From the NCBI RefSeq assembly GCF_002854065.1, contig NZ_CP024147.1: a stretch of DNA of 64,000 nt, one strand, 5' to 3'. This stretch comes from Escherichia coli. Lineage in GTDB: Bacteria; Pseudomonadota; Gammaproteobacteria; Enterobacterales; Enterobacteriaceae. The first letter of the stretch is position 1. Every line of letters starts with the position of its first letter. The translations under genes and the position numbers were made by a program. Below, one piece after another: positions 1 to 10,435 of the stretch. The notes under the pieces were generated by a model. That model was not told the origin of the DNA and ran no database searches. It saw nothing but the letters and a program-made list of their open reading frames with translations.

Positions 1-520
1 GGTTCGAGTTCTGCTGTGATAACGGAGAGAGACTGCGTGTCACGTTCGCGCTGGACTGCTGTGATCGTGAGGCACTGCACTGGGCGGTCACTACCGGCGG
101 CTTCAACAGTGAAACAGTACAGGACGTCATGCTGGGAGCGGTGGAACGCCGCTTCGGCAACGATCTTCCGTCGTCTCCAGTGGAGTGGCTGACGGATAAT
201 GGTTCATGCTACCGGGCTAATGAAACACGCCAGTTCGCCCGGATGTTGGGACTTGAACCGAAGAACACGGCGGTGCGGAGTCCGGAGAGTAACGGAATAG
301 CAGAGAGCTTCGTGAAAACGATAAAGCGTGACTACATCAGTATCATGCCCAAACCAGACGGGTTAACGGCAGCAAAGAACCTTGCAGAGGCGTTCGAGCA
401 TTATAACGAATGGCATCCGCATAGTGCGCTGGGTTATCGCTCGCCACGGGAATATCTGCGGCAGCGGGCTTGTAATGGGTTAAGTGATAACAGATGTCTG
501 GAAATATAGGGGCAAATCCA
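1..520 (+). mobile_element. IS2 right-end fragment; element continues beyond the window start
   Basis: Frame-0 translation from nt 3 gives IS2 InsD C-terminal half (…[20 protein letters not shown]…[19 protein letters not shown]…NRCLEI); terminal sequence GGGGCAAATCCA ends at 520 as recalled for the IS2 inverted repeat. Confidence 0.85.
3..509 (+). CDS. insD: IS2 transposase InsD (OrfB), 5'-partial at window edge
   Basis: Integrase-core motifs in translation; ORF runs open to window start. Confidence 0.85.
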
Positions 521-1063
521 TTGACCAAGTACTTTTGTTAAAGCGGTAACTCTGCCAAGCAATTCTGCCGACTGATTTTTTGCCTGCTGATAAAGGTCCA
601 TAAAACATATCTTCTTGGCTGGAAAACGTTCCATCAAAGATTGATATTCTTCTAGCTCGCCCAGAATCACAGCAAGTTTGGCTTCATGAATAACTTTTTC
701 TTTTTCTATATCGACCAAGAAACGATCAGCCCCCGGTGCCGACGGTTTCATTTTTTCGGGCATAGCGATAAGCCGCGAATTCTTTGGCAACGCTCTTGGT
801 ATGAAAATAGTTGAATGAAAACTTTCCGTTTTCTTATACACACTTCTGGACTTGCCACCACTACTCTCAATTTTATAGATGAAGCCCAGGGACTCTAACC
901 GAAGAAGTTGTCGGTGAATGAATTTTCTAGCCTCAGTAACTTCTGCGTAGTCATCTGTAATCTTCAGCAAAGCATCCCTGAGATGGATAGCGCAGAACTC
1001 ATTAAAACCCATCTCAATCAATAACTTATACATATATGGATGCAACTTTACTGCAGATTTCAT
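521..1063 (-). pseudogene. Hypothetical protein gene, 3' end interrupted by the IS2 insertion (last 28 codons of the 209-aa ORF are IS2-derived)
   Basis: ORF 434..1063 crosses the IS2 terminus at 520/521; native part ends …LTKVLGQ; no family recognised. Confidence 0.5.
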
Positions 1064-1161
1064 TATAAAAAATCCAAAATAACAAACTTAGAATTGCTAA
1101 GTATACAGAAACCAACGAAACTTAGACAATCTCAGCACCCTAAGGCAATGATGATGAATAC

Positions 1162-1473
1162 GTGGCTCACCCAAACCCGATACCCGAGAGGCTCAAAGCG
1201 GCCAGAACAAAAGCTGGGATCACTCAGAAGGAATTGGGGATCCGAATTGGCATGGAACCCAGCTCGGCGAGTGGTCGTATGAACCATTATGAGAAAGGGA
1301 GACACACTCCTGACATTGATACCCTCAAGCGTATGGCTGATGAACTTGGGGTACCAATTAACTATTTCTTTTGCGAGAACGACATAACTGCAGAATTAGC
1401 ATGTCTGATAGCTAAAATGACTGAGCAGCAGCAGATTGAATTGATTGCTATGCTAAAGAAAAATCAATCTTAG
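1162..1473 (+). CDS. XRE-family helix-turn-helix transcriptional regulator (103 aa, GTG start)
   Basis: HTH signature ITQKELGIRIGMEPSSASGRMNHYEKGRHTPDIDTLKRMADELGVPINYFF; divergent from 521..1063 gene, same strand as downstream ATPase. Confidence 0.7.
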   Translation: MAHPNPIPERLKAARTKAGITQKELGIRIGMEPSSASGRMNHYEKGRHTPDIDTLKRMADELGVPINYFFCENDITAELACLIAKMTEQQQIELIAMLKKNQS

Positions 1474-1861
1474 ATTTTTCACAGAACTCATACCTGAATA
1501 ATATCAGGGTTTCTTAGATATCCTTGACCTGCGACGTATACGCCTCCTCGAAGGGTATCCGCAATTTCTTATCTCATGTATCAGCTACCACCCAAACCGA
1601 ATCTTCATCAGTTCCGGACGTCATGTAATAAACCATAATTCTGGAAATCAAGGAAGCAAATCTAATTGTGTAAATGACCCCGTTGTTTCAGTAATTGAGT
1701 AACATGCCATAAACGGGATTAATAAAGACTTCATTTTAATTTCAACGCCCTTATCAGCCTGAAGTAAAATATGACTTGCAGATCACGTGAATACCTAAGC
1801 TGGAAGAGTATCTTTTACTATTGCAGTCCAACGTGAGAAAACAACAAGTCAACAAGGATTC

Positions 1862-4474
1862 ATGATGCTCAGTAGCGAGTTTTTGCGCTTTTTTCAAACC
1901 TTAAACACAACAGAAGTCCCCAGTAATGTCAGGAAAATAGCGAATCTTGTGTGGGATAACCTAGATGATATAACCCCATTGGGCACTTCGCAGGGTCAGC
2001 GAGTCAGGCGCATTGTCTCTCTGGCACAGTCTGCATGGGATGCCCTCAGTACAGAAGTACAGCCACTACCAGAGCAGACCGCTGAACGCGTCTCCACGTT
2101 TAGTCGGCTGAGAAAGATATCTGTTGGACCATTTAGAGGGTTTGCAAAGCAAGAAGAATTTGATCTGGATTCACGTCTAGTGCTGATTTACGGCCCCAAT
2201 GGTACTGGGAAGTCAAGTTTCTGCGAAGCGCTTGAATATACATTACTGGGCAATGTGGCTGAGGCCGAAAGCAAGCGTTTCCGGAATCAAAACGACTATT
2301 TTAAAAATGCACATGTCAATCGGTTTTCTGTTCCAGAGATAATTGGTGTCGGAGATCATGGGCAGGATGTGTCGATTGAGAATAACGAAGCACAGTATCG
2401 CTTTTGCTTTGTTGAAAAAAATCGTATCGACAACTTTTCAAGAATCGCGGCTCTGGTCCCAACAAGGCAGACTGAACTTATCTCAACACTATTCGGGCTA
2501 GATAGTTTTAATGATTTTGTGCGAAATTTTACATCAGATATTGATGCCAGATACATCGATCTAACAGGCGTAAAAGCAGGTCAGTTGGCAGAAAAGCGCA
2601 AGTCTCTTCTGGCTGCACAGCAGCAATTGGCGACAGGTCAGGCTGCCCTGGAAGGGTTGGCATCAGAGGAACAGACACTGGCTTCTGTTTATCGTGAAGG
2701 CCTGTCTTACCAGCAGATGCTAGCTGAGTTAAAAGGGGATGAACAAAATATCGGAACCATCCGACAGCTTGAAACAGAGTTACAAACGCCACTTCCGAAT
2801 CAGAGTAGCCTGACATCTGCTATTTTGAACGATATAAGTAGCGCTGTTGAAACGGCACTTATAGATCTGGAAAGCAAGCAGAAGCAACTGGCAGAGGCAA
2901 GTCAGCAGGTTTCATATAAAAATTTATTTGAAGCAGTTGTCCAGTTACAGGGTACCAGCCCGGAACAATGCCCTGCATGCCATACCCCTCTTCAGCAAAC
3001 CGCCAAAAACCCCTACAGCCATGCCTGTGATGAATTGCTAAAGCTTGAGTTTCTGTCGACATTACAGGGAGAAATAACTCAGCTGGAAAAATTAATTGGC
3101 CAGTTGATGTACAGTGTTTCACAAGTAATCGGCACATGCTGTCAGTTTTTGCCACATGACAATGCTCTTGAAGTATTCCGAAATGAAAATGGCATCACTT
3201 TATGGCGTAATCTGCGGCAGCAAACAGGAGATGGCATAACTCCCTGGGCTCAGCTTGAAAAACAGGTGTGGCATCTGGAGGGAGAAGATAAAAAAATAGA
3301 GGAAGCAACTAAATTGCGAGAATCCCGTCAGCGGGATCTTGCGAGAATGCGTGAATCTGATCGCCAGATAACGATTTTGCAGACAAGAAGAGATACGATA
3401 GAAAAAACCATCTCTGCGGCTCAGTTGTTGATTGGCAACTTTGATACTGAAAACAGGCAGCTAATTGAAGAAGTTGCTCACGAAGAAGACATTGTAAGGA
3501 AAAACAAAGCAATTTCAGAAGCGTATTCCCGGTTCGTTTTACAGCTGAACGCCTATAAAGAGGGATTACCTCAGAGACTTGTAGCGAATCTTGGGGATCA
3601 CATTGTCACTCTCTACAACGCATTTAACCGTAATGACCCCCCGGGAGAAAAGCTAGCAGGTATCAAACTACCTCTGCTGCAGAATCAGCGACTGGAAGTA
3701 GCGTTTCAGAATAATCCAACGCAACTATTCGATGCCCTGCATGTACTTAGTGAGGGGCATGTACGCTGTATAGGGCTGGCTATTTTGTTGGCAAAAAACA
3801 TTAATGAACAGTGTCCACTTTTGATATTTGATGACCCGGTCAATGCTATTGATGACGATCACAGAGAATCGATTCGGAGAACGTTGTTTGAAGATGCTTT
3901 CTTTGCTGAAAAACAAATCATTCTGGCCTGCCATGGAGAGGAATTCTTCAAAGACATCCAGAATTTATTGCCAGCGCCGGTTGCCGCACAGTCCAAGACT
4001 TTCAGCTTCTTACCGCGTCTTGACGAATTGCATATCCGCGTAGATTTTAACTGCGCTCCCAGGAACTATATTATTTCTGCACGAGGGCATTATGAGCGTA
4101 ATGAGATTCGGGAGGCGCTTGCAAAATGCAGACAGTCACTTGAATCGTTGATGAAGGGGAGAGTCTGGCGATATGTAAATAAATATGGTGATGGTAATCT
4201 TAGTCTCAAGCTAAGGTCAGCAACGGCACCTATTGAGTTACGTAACTTGTCGGATCAATTGAAGAAACAGATCAATAAAGCTGAGTTCCGTGACCAAAAT
4301 AAAAACGCCGTATTCACACCAATTGATGTGTTAACTGGGCTAAGTGGAGAATCACGAGAATGGCGCTATCTAAATAAAGGTACGCATGAGGAAGACGGCA
4401 GGGCTGAGTTTGATCGAGCAACAGTAGAAACCATGATTTCTGCCCTTGAGGCGCTCGATCAGGCTGTGAGTTAA
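1862..4474 (+). CDS. Rad50/SbcC-like ABC ATPase with central CxxC zinc hook and C-terminal putative nuclease domain (RloC-like anticodon-nuclease candidate), 870 aa
   Basis: RBS AAGGA at 1852; Walker A GPNGTGKSS (nt 2192-2218); CPAC at nt 2969-2980 at the midpoint between the ATPase halves; signature-like LSEGH, Walker B LLIFDDP (nt ~3818-3838), H-loop ACHGEEF; C-terminal ~200 aa with REWRYLNKGTH (R-x6-H). Confidence 0.55.
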   Translation: MMLSSEFLRFFQTLNTTEVPSNVRKIANLVWDNLDDITPLGTSQGQRVRRIVSLAQSAWDALSTEVQPLPEQTAERVSTFSRLRKISVGPFRGFAKQEEFDLDSRLVLIYGPNGTGKSSFCEALEYTLLGNVAEAESKRFRNQNDYFKNAHVNRFSVPEIIGVGDHGQDVSIENNEAQYRFCFVEKNRIDNFSRIAALVPTRQTELISTLFGLDSFNDFVRNFTSDIDARYIDLTGVKAGQLAEKRKSLLAAQQQLATGQAALEGLASEEQTLASVYREGLSYQQMLAELKGDEQNIGTIRQLETELQTPLPNQSSLTSAILNDISSAVETALIDLESKQKQLAEASQQVSYKNLFEAVVQLQGTSPEQCPACHTPLQQTAKNPYSHACDELLKLEFLSTLQGEITQLEKLIGQLMYSVSQVIGTCCQFLPHDNALEVFRNENGITLWRNLRQQTGDGITPWAQLEKQVWHLEGEDKKIEEATKLRESRQRDLARMRESDRQITILQTRRDTIEKTISAAQLLIGNFDTENRQLIEEVAHEEDIVRKNKAISEAYSRFVLQLNAYKEGLPQRLVANLGDHIVTLYNAFNRNDPPGEKLAGIKLPLLQNQRLEVAFQNNPTQLFDALHVLSEGHVRCIGLAILLAKNINEQCPLLIFDDPVNAIDDDHRESIRRTLFEDAFFAEKQIILACHGEEFFKDIQNLLPAPVAAQSKTFSFLPRLDELHIRVDFNCAPRNYIISARGHYERNEIREALAKCRQSLESLMKGRVWRYVNKYGDGNLSLKLRSATAPIELRNLSDQLKKQINKAEFRDQNKNAVFTPIDVLTGLSGESREWRYLNKGTHEEDGRAEFDRATVETMISALEALDQAVS

Positions 4475-4607
4475 TATATGTAAAGTGGTCTATAAAATTG
4501 GCCACAACATGAGAATTACTGTTCGTTGGTTCCTGGCACAGAGCGTCTGTCAGATTTAGTTTAGCTCTGTGTCATACCAGTGGTAGCTCAAGTCGCGGCT
4601 AATGCAA

Positions 4608-5336
4608 TTAATCACTGAATACCAACGAATCTAATACACCTTGTCCACTATGAACTCCTCCTTCAACTGACTCTGCTGATTTGCTACGGATCAAATACCC
4701 AGCAAAACTGTGATCAGCGCTAGATGCATTGTTACCTATCTGGACGGAGAACATTCCTAGTTCGCTGACCAGATCAGTAACCTGATATAACTCCCCTTTA
4801 CGGACAACCAGAGAAGGTGTAGCTCGCGGGACAGGATGTATCCGACGCATGAACGACCAGGATTGATATTGCAGCGGGTCAAGTCTTGCCAGTTTTAACT
4901 GGATATCAGAGCCAAACAGACAATGCCCACCCCCTTCGCCCTGGTTTTTGAGAACCCATGAATCAGAAGGAGACTCTTTTACAATGCTGATTGTATCAGG
5001 GCTAACAGGAAGCATTTCGCCCAACACCATTTTTATGATATCAACCTCTTCCGGCTTCAGTCCAAAAGCAATCAGTTCATCGCACCCCAAATGAGAGAGC
5101 AACATTTGTACTCGCTTACTTGTCGCAAGTTGCTGAGCGACTGTTGCATTCACCGCAACTCGGTGCTGCTCAATCAATACTCGCGTGGCCATTAGCGTCT
5201 GGCAACACTCCTTCTCATTGAGACTGGCGGCTTCATAATCTGAGTATTGATATCCGGCACGTAAGTAAACAGAAGTAGTATGGGTGTATGAACTTGTCAT
5301 TGTTTTGACATTTATCAAATATATTCGATTATGCAT
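4608..5336 (-). CDS. Hypothetical protein (242 aa; alternative start at 5300 gives 230 aa), divergent from arsR; contains vicinal Cys pair (KECCQT)
   Basis: Only long ORF covering this interval; convergent with the ATPase gene; no recognised family; weak RBS at both candidate starts. Confidence 0.45.
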   Translation of the reverse strand: MHNRIYLINVKTMTSSYTHTTSVYLRAGYQYSDYEAASLNEKECCQTLMATRVLIEQHRVAVNATVAQQLATSKRVQMLLSHLGCDELIAFGLKPEEVDIIKMVLGEMLPVSPDTISIVKESPSDSWVLKNQGEGGGHCLFGSDIQLKLARLDPLQYQSWSFMRRIHPVPRATPSLVVRKGELYQVTDLVSELGMFSVQIGNNASSADHSFAGYLIRSKSAESVEGGVHSGQGVLDSLVFSD

Positions 5337-5353
5337 ATGTGTTGTTGATTTTC

Positions 5354-5368
5354 ATCTCCGCAGGAGAT
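5354..5368. promoter_or_regulatory. Perfect 15-bp palindrome ATCTCCGCAGGAGAT in the divergent promoter region just upstream of the arsR RBS
   Basis: Seen directly; RBS AGGAGG at 5387-5392. Confidence 0.3.
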
Positions 5369-5393
5369 ATCGTTACCTAAACGAACAGGAGGA

Positions 5394-5747
5394 ATGATGT
5401 CGCTTACTTCCCTACAACTCTTTAAGAATCTGTCTGATGAAACACGTCTGGGTATTGTTCTCATACTCAGAACTATGGGGGAGTTGTGCGTATGTGATCT
5501 TTGCACTGCACTTGATCAATCACAGCCTAAGATCTCCCGGCATCTGGCTATGTTGCGAGAAAGTGGGATTTTGCTTGATAGTAAACACGGTAAATGGGTT
5601 CATTACCGGTTATCCCCACACATTCCTTCATGGGCTGCACAGATTATTGAGCAGGCCTGGTTAAGCCAACAGGACGATCTTCAGGCCATCGCCCGTAAAC
5701 TGGCTTCAGTCAACTGCACTAACAGCAGTAAGGCTATTTGTATTTAA
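5394..5747 (+). CDS. arsR: Arsenical resistance operon repressor ArsR (R773-type, ELCVCDLC As(III) site)
   Basis: 117 aa; near-identity to recalled R773 ArsR (…LQLFKNLSDETRLGIVL…ELCVCDLC…). Confidence 0.92.
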   Translation: MMSLTSLQLFKNLSDETRLGIVLILRTMGELCVCDLCTALDQSQPKISRHLAMLRESGILLDSKHGKWVHYRLSPHIPSWAAQIIEQAWLSQQDDLQAIARKLASVNCTNSSKAICI

Positions 5748-5793
5748 AAATTTGCCTGAATATATATGATTTCCCACATATGAGGTATTGAGA

Positions 5794-6156
5794 ATGAAAA
5801 CGCTAGCGGTATTCGACCCGGCAATGTGTTGTAGCACCGGTGTCTGCGGTACTGATGTCGATCAGGCTCTGGTTGATTTTTCCGCGGATGTGCAATGGCT
5901 GAAACAACGAGGTGTTCAGGTAGATCGTTTCAATCTGGCACAGCAACCGATGAGCTTTGTCCAGAACGAGAAAGTTAAAGCATTTATTGAGGCTTCTGGT
6001 GCGGAAGGGCTGCCATTACTGTTACTGGATGGCGAAACAGTGATGGCCGGGCGTTATCCGAAACGGGCTGAACTTGCACGGTGGTTTGGAATTCCGCTGG
6101 AGAAAGTAGGATTAGCGCCTTCAGGCTGCTGCGGTGGTAATACTTCTTGTTGTTAA
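5794..6156 (+). CDS. arsD: Arsenic metallochaperone/secondary regulator ArsD
   Basis: MKTLAVFDPAMCCSTGVCG…GCCGGNTSCC; start set at ATG 5794 after RBS TGAGG. Confidence 0.92.
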   Translation: MKTLAVFDPAMCCSTGVCGTDVDQALVDFSADVQWLKQRGVQVDRFNLAQQPMSFVQNEKVKAFIEASGAEGLPLLLLDGETVMAGRYPKRAELARWFGIPLEKVGLAPSGCCGGNTSCC

Positions 6157-6173
6157 GTATGTCAGGAGGACAT

Positions 6174-7925
6174 ATGAAATTCTTACAGAACATCCCCCCT
6201 TATCTGTTTTTTACTGGTAAAGGAGGCGTTGGTAAAACCTCTATTTCCTGCGCCACGGCGATCCGTCTGGCAGAACAGGGTAAACGAGTGCTGCTGGTCA
6301 GTACCGATCCGGCCTCAAACGTAGGCCAGGTCTTTGGCCAGGTTATTGGCAATACTATTCAGCCAATAGCCACTGTTCCTGGATTGTCGGCACTTGAGAT
6401 TGATCCTCAGGCCGCTGCGCAACAGTACCGGGCCAGAATCGTTGACCCTATTAAAGGTGTCCTGCCTGATGACGTCGTTAGCAGCATCAACGAACAACTG
6501 TCTGGTGCATGCACAACAGAGATTGCGGCTTTTGATGAGTTTACCGGATTACTGACAGACGCCTCTTTGCTGACCCAGTTTGACCATATCATCTTTGATA
6601 CCGCGCCAACCGGCCATACTATTCGCCTTCTCCAGTTGCCAGGCGCCTGGAGCAGCTTTATTGACAGCAATCCCGAGGGCGCATCCTGCCTCGGCCCGAT
6701 GGCGGGGCTGGAAAAACAGCGTGAACAGTATGCCCATGCCGTTGAAGCACTGTCCGACCCAGCGCGTACCCGCCTGGTTTTAGTTGCCAGACTGCAAAAA
6801 TCCACCCTGCAAGAAGTCGCCCGAACTCATTTAGAACTCGCCGCAATTGGCCTTAAAAATCAGTACTTGGTCATTAATGGCGTTCTGCCCAAAACTGAAG
6901 CGGCAAACGATACACTGGCTGCGGCTATATGGGACCGTGAACAGGAGGCGCTGGCCAATCTTCCTTCTGACCTTTCCGGTCTGCCAACTGACACGTTATT
7001 CCTCCAACCACTCAATATGGTCGGCGTGGCTGCATTAAGTGGGCTTCTCTCCTCTCAGCCTGAGGCAGCATCATCTTCTGAAGAATACATTCAGCAACGA
7101 CCTGAAATTCCGTCGCTCTCAGCGTTAGTCGATGATATTGCCCGTAACGAACATGGTCTGATAATGCTAATGGGCAAAGGCGGTGTGGGGAAAACCACGA
7201 TGGCGGCAGCCATTGCCGTCAGACTGGCCGAAATGGGATTTGATGTCCATCTGACCACCTCAGATCCAGCAGCACACCTCAGCACAACCCTGAACGGTAG
7301 CCTTAACAATCTGCAGGTCAGTAGAATCGATCCTCACGAGGAAACAGAACGCTATCGTCAGCATGTTCTTGATACCAAGGGTGGAGAACTGGATGAAGCG
7401 GGTAAACGCCTGCTGGAAGAAGATTTACGCTCTCCTTGTACCGAAGAGATTGCGGTCTTCCAGGCCTTTTCACGGGTGATTCGTGAAGCGGGTAAGCGCT
7501 TCGTGGTCATGGATACGGCACCCACCGGGCATACCCTACTGCTGCTGGATGCCACCGGGGCGTATCACCGCGAAATTGCTAAGAAAATGGGCGATAAAGG
7601 CCATTTCACCACGCCAATGATGCAGCTTCAGGACCCGGAGCGAACCAAAGTGTTACTGGTCACGCTGCCGGAAACCACGCCCGTGCTTGAGGCGGCAAAT
7701 TTGCAGGCCGACCTTGAACGCGCAGGGATTCATCCCTGGGGCTGGATTATCAATAACAGCCTTTCCATTGCGGATACCCGTTCGCCGCTGCTTCGTCTGC
7801 GGGCGCAACAGGAACTTCCGCAGATCGAGAGTGTTAAACTCCAGCATGCCAGTCGCGTAGCTCTTGTTCCTGTACTGGCGTCAGAACCGACCGGCATCGA
7901 CAAACTCAAACAACTCGCTGGTTAA
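6174..7925 (+). CDS. arsA: Arsenite-translocating ATPase ArsA (two nucleotide-binding domains)
   Basis: Two GKGGVGKT P-loops and two DTAPTGHT motifs; start at MKFLQN after RBS AGGAGG. Confidence 0.92.
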   Translation: MKFLQNIPPYLFFTGKGGVGKTSISCATAIRLAEQGKRVLLVSTDPASNVGQVFGQVIGNTIQPIATVPGLSALEIDPQAAAQQYRARIVDPIKGVLPDDVVSSINEQLSGACTTEIAAFDEFTGLLTDASLLTQFDHIIFDTAPTGHTIRLLQLPGAWSSFIDSNPEGASCLGPMAGLEKQREQYAHAVEALSDPARTRLVLVARLQKSTLQEVARTHLELAAIGLKNQYLVINGVLPKTEAANDTLAAAIWDREQEALANLPSDLSGLPTDTLFLQPLNMVGVAALSGLLSSQPEAASSSEEYIQQRPEIPSLSALVDDIARNEHGLIMLMGKGGVGKTTMAAAIAVRLAEMGFDVHLTTSDPAAHLSTTLNGSLNNLQVSRIDPHEETERYRQHVLDTKGGELDEAGKRLLEEDLRSPCTEEIAVFQAFSRVIREAGKRFVVMDTAPTGHTLLLLDATGAYHREIAKKMGDKGHFTTPMMQLQDPERTKVLLVTLPETTPVLEAANLQADLERAGIHPWGWIINNSLSIADTRSPLLRLRAQQELPQIESVKLQHASRVALVPVLASEPTGIDKLKQLAG

Positions 7926-7972
7926 TTATTGTCATTACTCGGGGCAGCTTTGCTGCCCTTTCGGGAGGTTAT

Positions 7973-9262
7973 ATGTTACTGGCAGGAGCCATTTTTATCC
8001 TGACCATCGTGTTGGTTATCTGGCAGCCAAAGGGATTAGGCATTGGCTGGAGCGCCACGCTGGGTGCCGTACTGGCTCTGGCATCGGGTGTGATTCATAT
8101 CGCCGATATTCCGGTGGTGTGGAATATCGTCTGGAACGCCACGGCCACCTTTATTGCCGTCATTATCATCAGTCTGTTGCTGGATGAGTCCGGCTTTTTT
8201 GAATGGGCTGCACTGCACGTTTCCCGCTGGGGCAATGGGCGTGGACGTCTGCTATTTACCTATATTGTTCTGCTCGGCGCGGCGGTGGCGGCATTGTTTG
8301 CCAACGATGGCGCGGCGTTAATTCTGACGCCGATCGTTATCGCCATGCTACTGGCGCTGGGATTCAGTAAAAGCACCACGCTGGCTTTCGTGATGGCCGC
8401 AGGGTTTATTGCCGATACCGCCAGCTTGCCACTTATCGTATCGAACCTGGTCAATATCGTTTCGGCTGATTTCTTCAAACTGGGATTCACGGAGTATGCG
8501 TCAGTTATGGTGCCGGTGGATATTGCCGCCATTGTCGCCACGCTGGTGATGCTGCATCTTTTTTTCCGCAAAGATATCCCGCCCACTTATGAGCTGGCGC
8601 GACTGAAAGAACCCGCAAAAGCCATCAAAGATCCTGCGACGTTCAGAACCGGCTGGGTTGTGCTCCTCCTTCTGCTGGTCGGTTTTTTTGTCCTTGAGCC
8701 GATGGGGATCCCTGTGAGTGCGATTGCGGCAGTGGGGGCGGCAATCCTGTTTGCGGTGGCCAAAAAAGGTCATGGTATTAACACCGGTAAAGTGCTGCGC
8801 GGCGCGCCCTGGCAGATCGTGATCTTCTCACTGGGGATGTATCTGGTGGTATACGGGTTGCGTAACGCCGGTCTGACGGATTATCTCTCTGACGTGCTGA
8901 ACGTACTGGCAGATAAAGGACTGTGGGCCGCGACGCTGGGGACAGGATTCCTGACTGCATTCCTCTCTTCTATCATGAACAATATGCCGACCGTACTGGT
9001 TGGCGCACTGTCGATTGATGGCAGCACCGCGACCGGCGTTATCAAAGAAGCGATGATTTATGCCAACGTCATTGGCTGCGATCTGGGGCCGAAAATCACC
9101 CCTATTGGTAGCCTGGCGACACTGCTCTGGCTGCACGTGCTTTCACAGAAGAATATGACAATCTCGTGGGGATACTACTTCCGCACCGGGATTATCATGA
9201 CCCTGCCTGTGCTGTTTGTAACGCTGGCTGCGCTGGCGCTACGTCTCTCTGTCACTTTGTAA
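7973..9262 (+). CDS. arsB: Arsenite/antimonite efflux permease ArsB
   Basis: 429-aa polytopic membrane protein, C-terminus …[12 protein letters not shown] as in ArsB. Confidence 0.92.
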   Translation: MLLAGAIFILTIVLVIWQPKGLGIGWSATLGAVLALASGVIHIADIPVVWNIVWNATATFIAVIIISLLLDESGFFEWAALHVSRWGNGRGRLLFTYIVLLGAAVAALFANDGAALILTPIVIAMLLALGFSKSTTLAFVMAAGFIADTASLPLIVSNLVNIVSADFFKLGFTEYASVMVPVDIAAIVATLVMLHLFFRKDIPPTYELARLKEPAKAIKDPATFRTGWVVLLLLLVGFFVLEPMGIPVSAIAAVGAAILFAVAKKGHGINTGKVLRGAPWQIVIFSLGMYLVVYGLRNAGLTDYLSDVLNVLADKGLWAATLGTGFLTAFLSSIMNNMPTVLVGALSIDGSTATGVIKEAMIYANVIGCDLGPKITPIGSLATLLWLHVLSQKNMTISWGYYFRTGIIMTLPVLFVTLAALALRLSVTL

Positions 9263-9274
9263 TGAGATTCTGAT

Positions 9275-9700
9275 ATGAGCAACATCACTATTTATCACAA
9301 CCCAGCCTGCGGCACCTCGCGTAATACGCTGGAGATGATCCGCAACAGCGGTACCGAGCCGACCATTATTCTTTACCTTGAGAACCCACCTTCGAGGGAT
9401 GAATTGGTCAAACTCATTGCCGATATGGGTATTTCAGTACGAGCGCTGCTGCGTAAAAACGTTGAGCCTTACGAGCAACTGGGTCTTGCAGAAGATAAAT
9501 TTACTGACGATCAGCTCATCGACTTTATGTTGCAACACCCAATTCTGATTAACCGTCCGATCGTGGTTACGCCGCTGGGAACCAGACTGTGCCGTCCTTC
9601 TGAAGTGGTTCTGGATATCCTGCAGGATGCGCAGAAAGGGGCTTTCGCTAAGGAAGACGGTGAAAAGGTCGTTGATGAAGCAGGAAAACGGCTGAAATAA
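9275..9700 (+). CDS. arsC: Glutaredoxin-dependent arsenate reductase ArsC
   Basis: 141 aa, HNPACGTSRNT catalytic Cys motif. Confidence 0.92.
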   Translation: MSNITIYHNPACGTSRNTLEMIRNSGTEPTIILYLENPPSRDELVKLIADMGISVRALLRKNVEPYEQLGLAEDKFTDDQLIDFMLQHPILINRPIVVTPLGTRLCRPSEVVLDILQDAQKGAFAKEDGEKVVDEAGKRLK

Positions 9701-9702
9701 AT

Positions 9703-9728
9703 AATAAGGGGGCGAATGCCCCCTTATT
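9703..9728. terminator. Hairpin AATAAGGGGGC-GAAT-GCCCCCTTATT between convergent arsC and GNAT gene (bidirectional terminator candidate)
   Basis: GC-rich 8-bp stem with flanking A/T runs. Confidence 0.6.
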
Positions 9729-9734
9729 CGTACC

Positions 9735-10271
9735 TCAGAGCATCATGCCTGAATCCGATGGTAACGTGCTGTTCCCTTCGCCCAGATTTCGTTGCAGCAA
9801 CACTGTGTCAAGCCAACGACCATGCTTGAAGCCAATATTTTTCAGCGTACCAATCTCAGTAAATCCAACCTGCTGATGGACTTTCAGCGAACCTTGATTA
9901 TTGCTATCGCCGACAATAGCAATCATCTGCCGATAGCCGTGAGTTTCTGCCCAGGCAATGACGTAGCGCAGCAACGCTTTTCCTGTCCCCTGACGCTGTG
10001 CGTCCGGGTGAATATAAATCGAATCTTCGAGAGTGTGGCGGTAGGCGTAGCGTTCACGGTAACGAGTGAGATAACAATACCCGATAACCTTTTCTTCCTC
10101 TAACGCGACAACCCACGGTAGCGCCTGATTGCGGATCTTTTTCAGGCGGGTAAGCATCTCGTGGGTATCCGGAGGTTCAGTTTCAAAGCTGGCGGTACCG
10201 TGAAGAACATGATGGGCGTAGATATCGCGTATAGCGGGGATGTGCTTTTCTTCTGCGTTAACGATTTTCAT
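9735..10271 (-). CDS. GNAT acetyltransferase of the phosphinothricin-acetyltransferase family (ArsN1-like arsinothricin N-acetyltransferase candidate)
   Basis: 178 aa; resembles E. coli MnaT/PAT proteins (…IYAHHVLHGTASFETEPP…YIHPDAQRQGTGKALL…); positioned in an ars island. Confidence 0.7.
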   Translation of the reverse strand: MKIVNAEEKHIPAIRDIYAHHVLHGTASFETEPPDTHEMLTRLKKIRNQALPWVVALEEEKVIGYCYLTRYRERYAYRHTLEDSIYIHPDAQRQGTGKALLRYVIAWAETHGYRQMIAIVGDSNNQGSLKVHQQVGFTEIGTLKNIGFKHGRWLDTVLLQRNLGEGNSTLPSDSGMML

Positions 10272-10435
10272 TGTTCTGTTCCCGTTGGCATCTTTTTCAA
10301 GGTTACTTGAAAATCCTGAGGAAAGGTAAATACAAAAGCTTATGACCCAATAAGCAGGCTAATCTTCAATCCCATCTTTTGTTTTCATTCATGCAGGGAG
10401 ACAAATATGTGCTTCCAGTATCCTTATTTTTTATG

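Noticed and set aside
1040-1282. 80-aa ORF overlapping the XRE gene start in another frame
   Set aside because: Basic low-complexity translation; the XRE frame carries a clear HTH.
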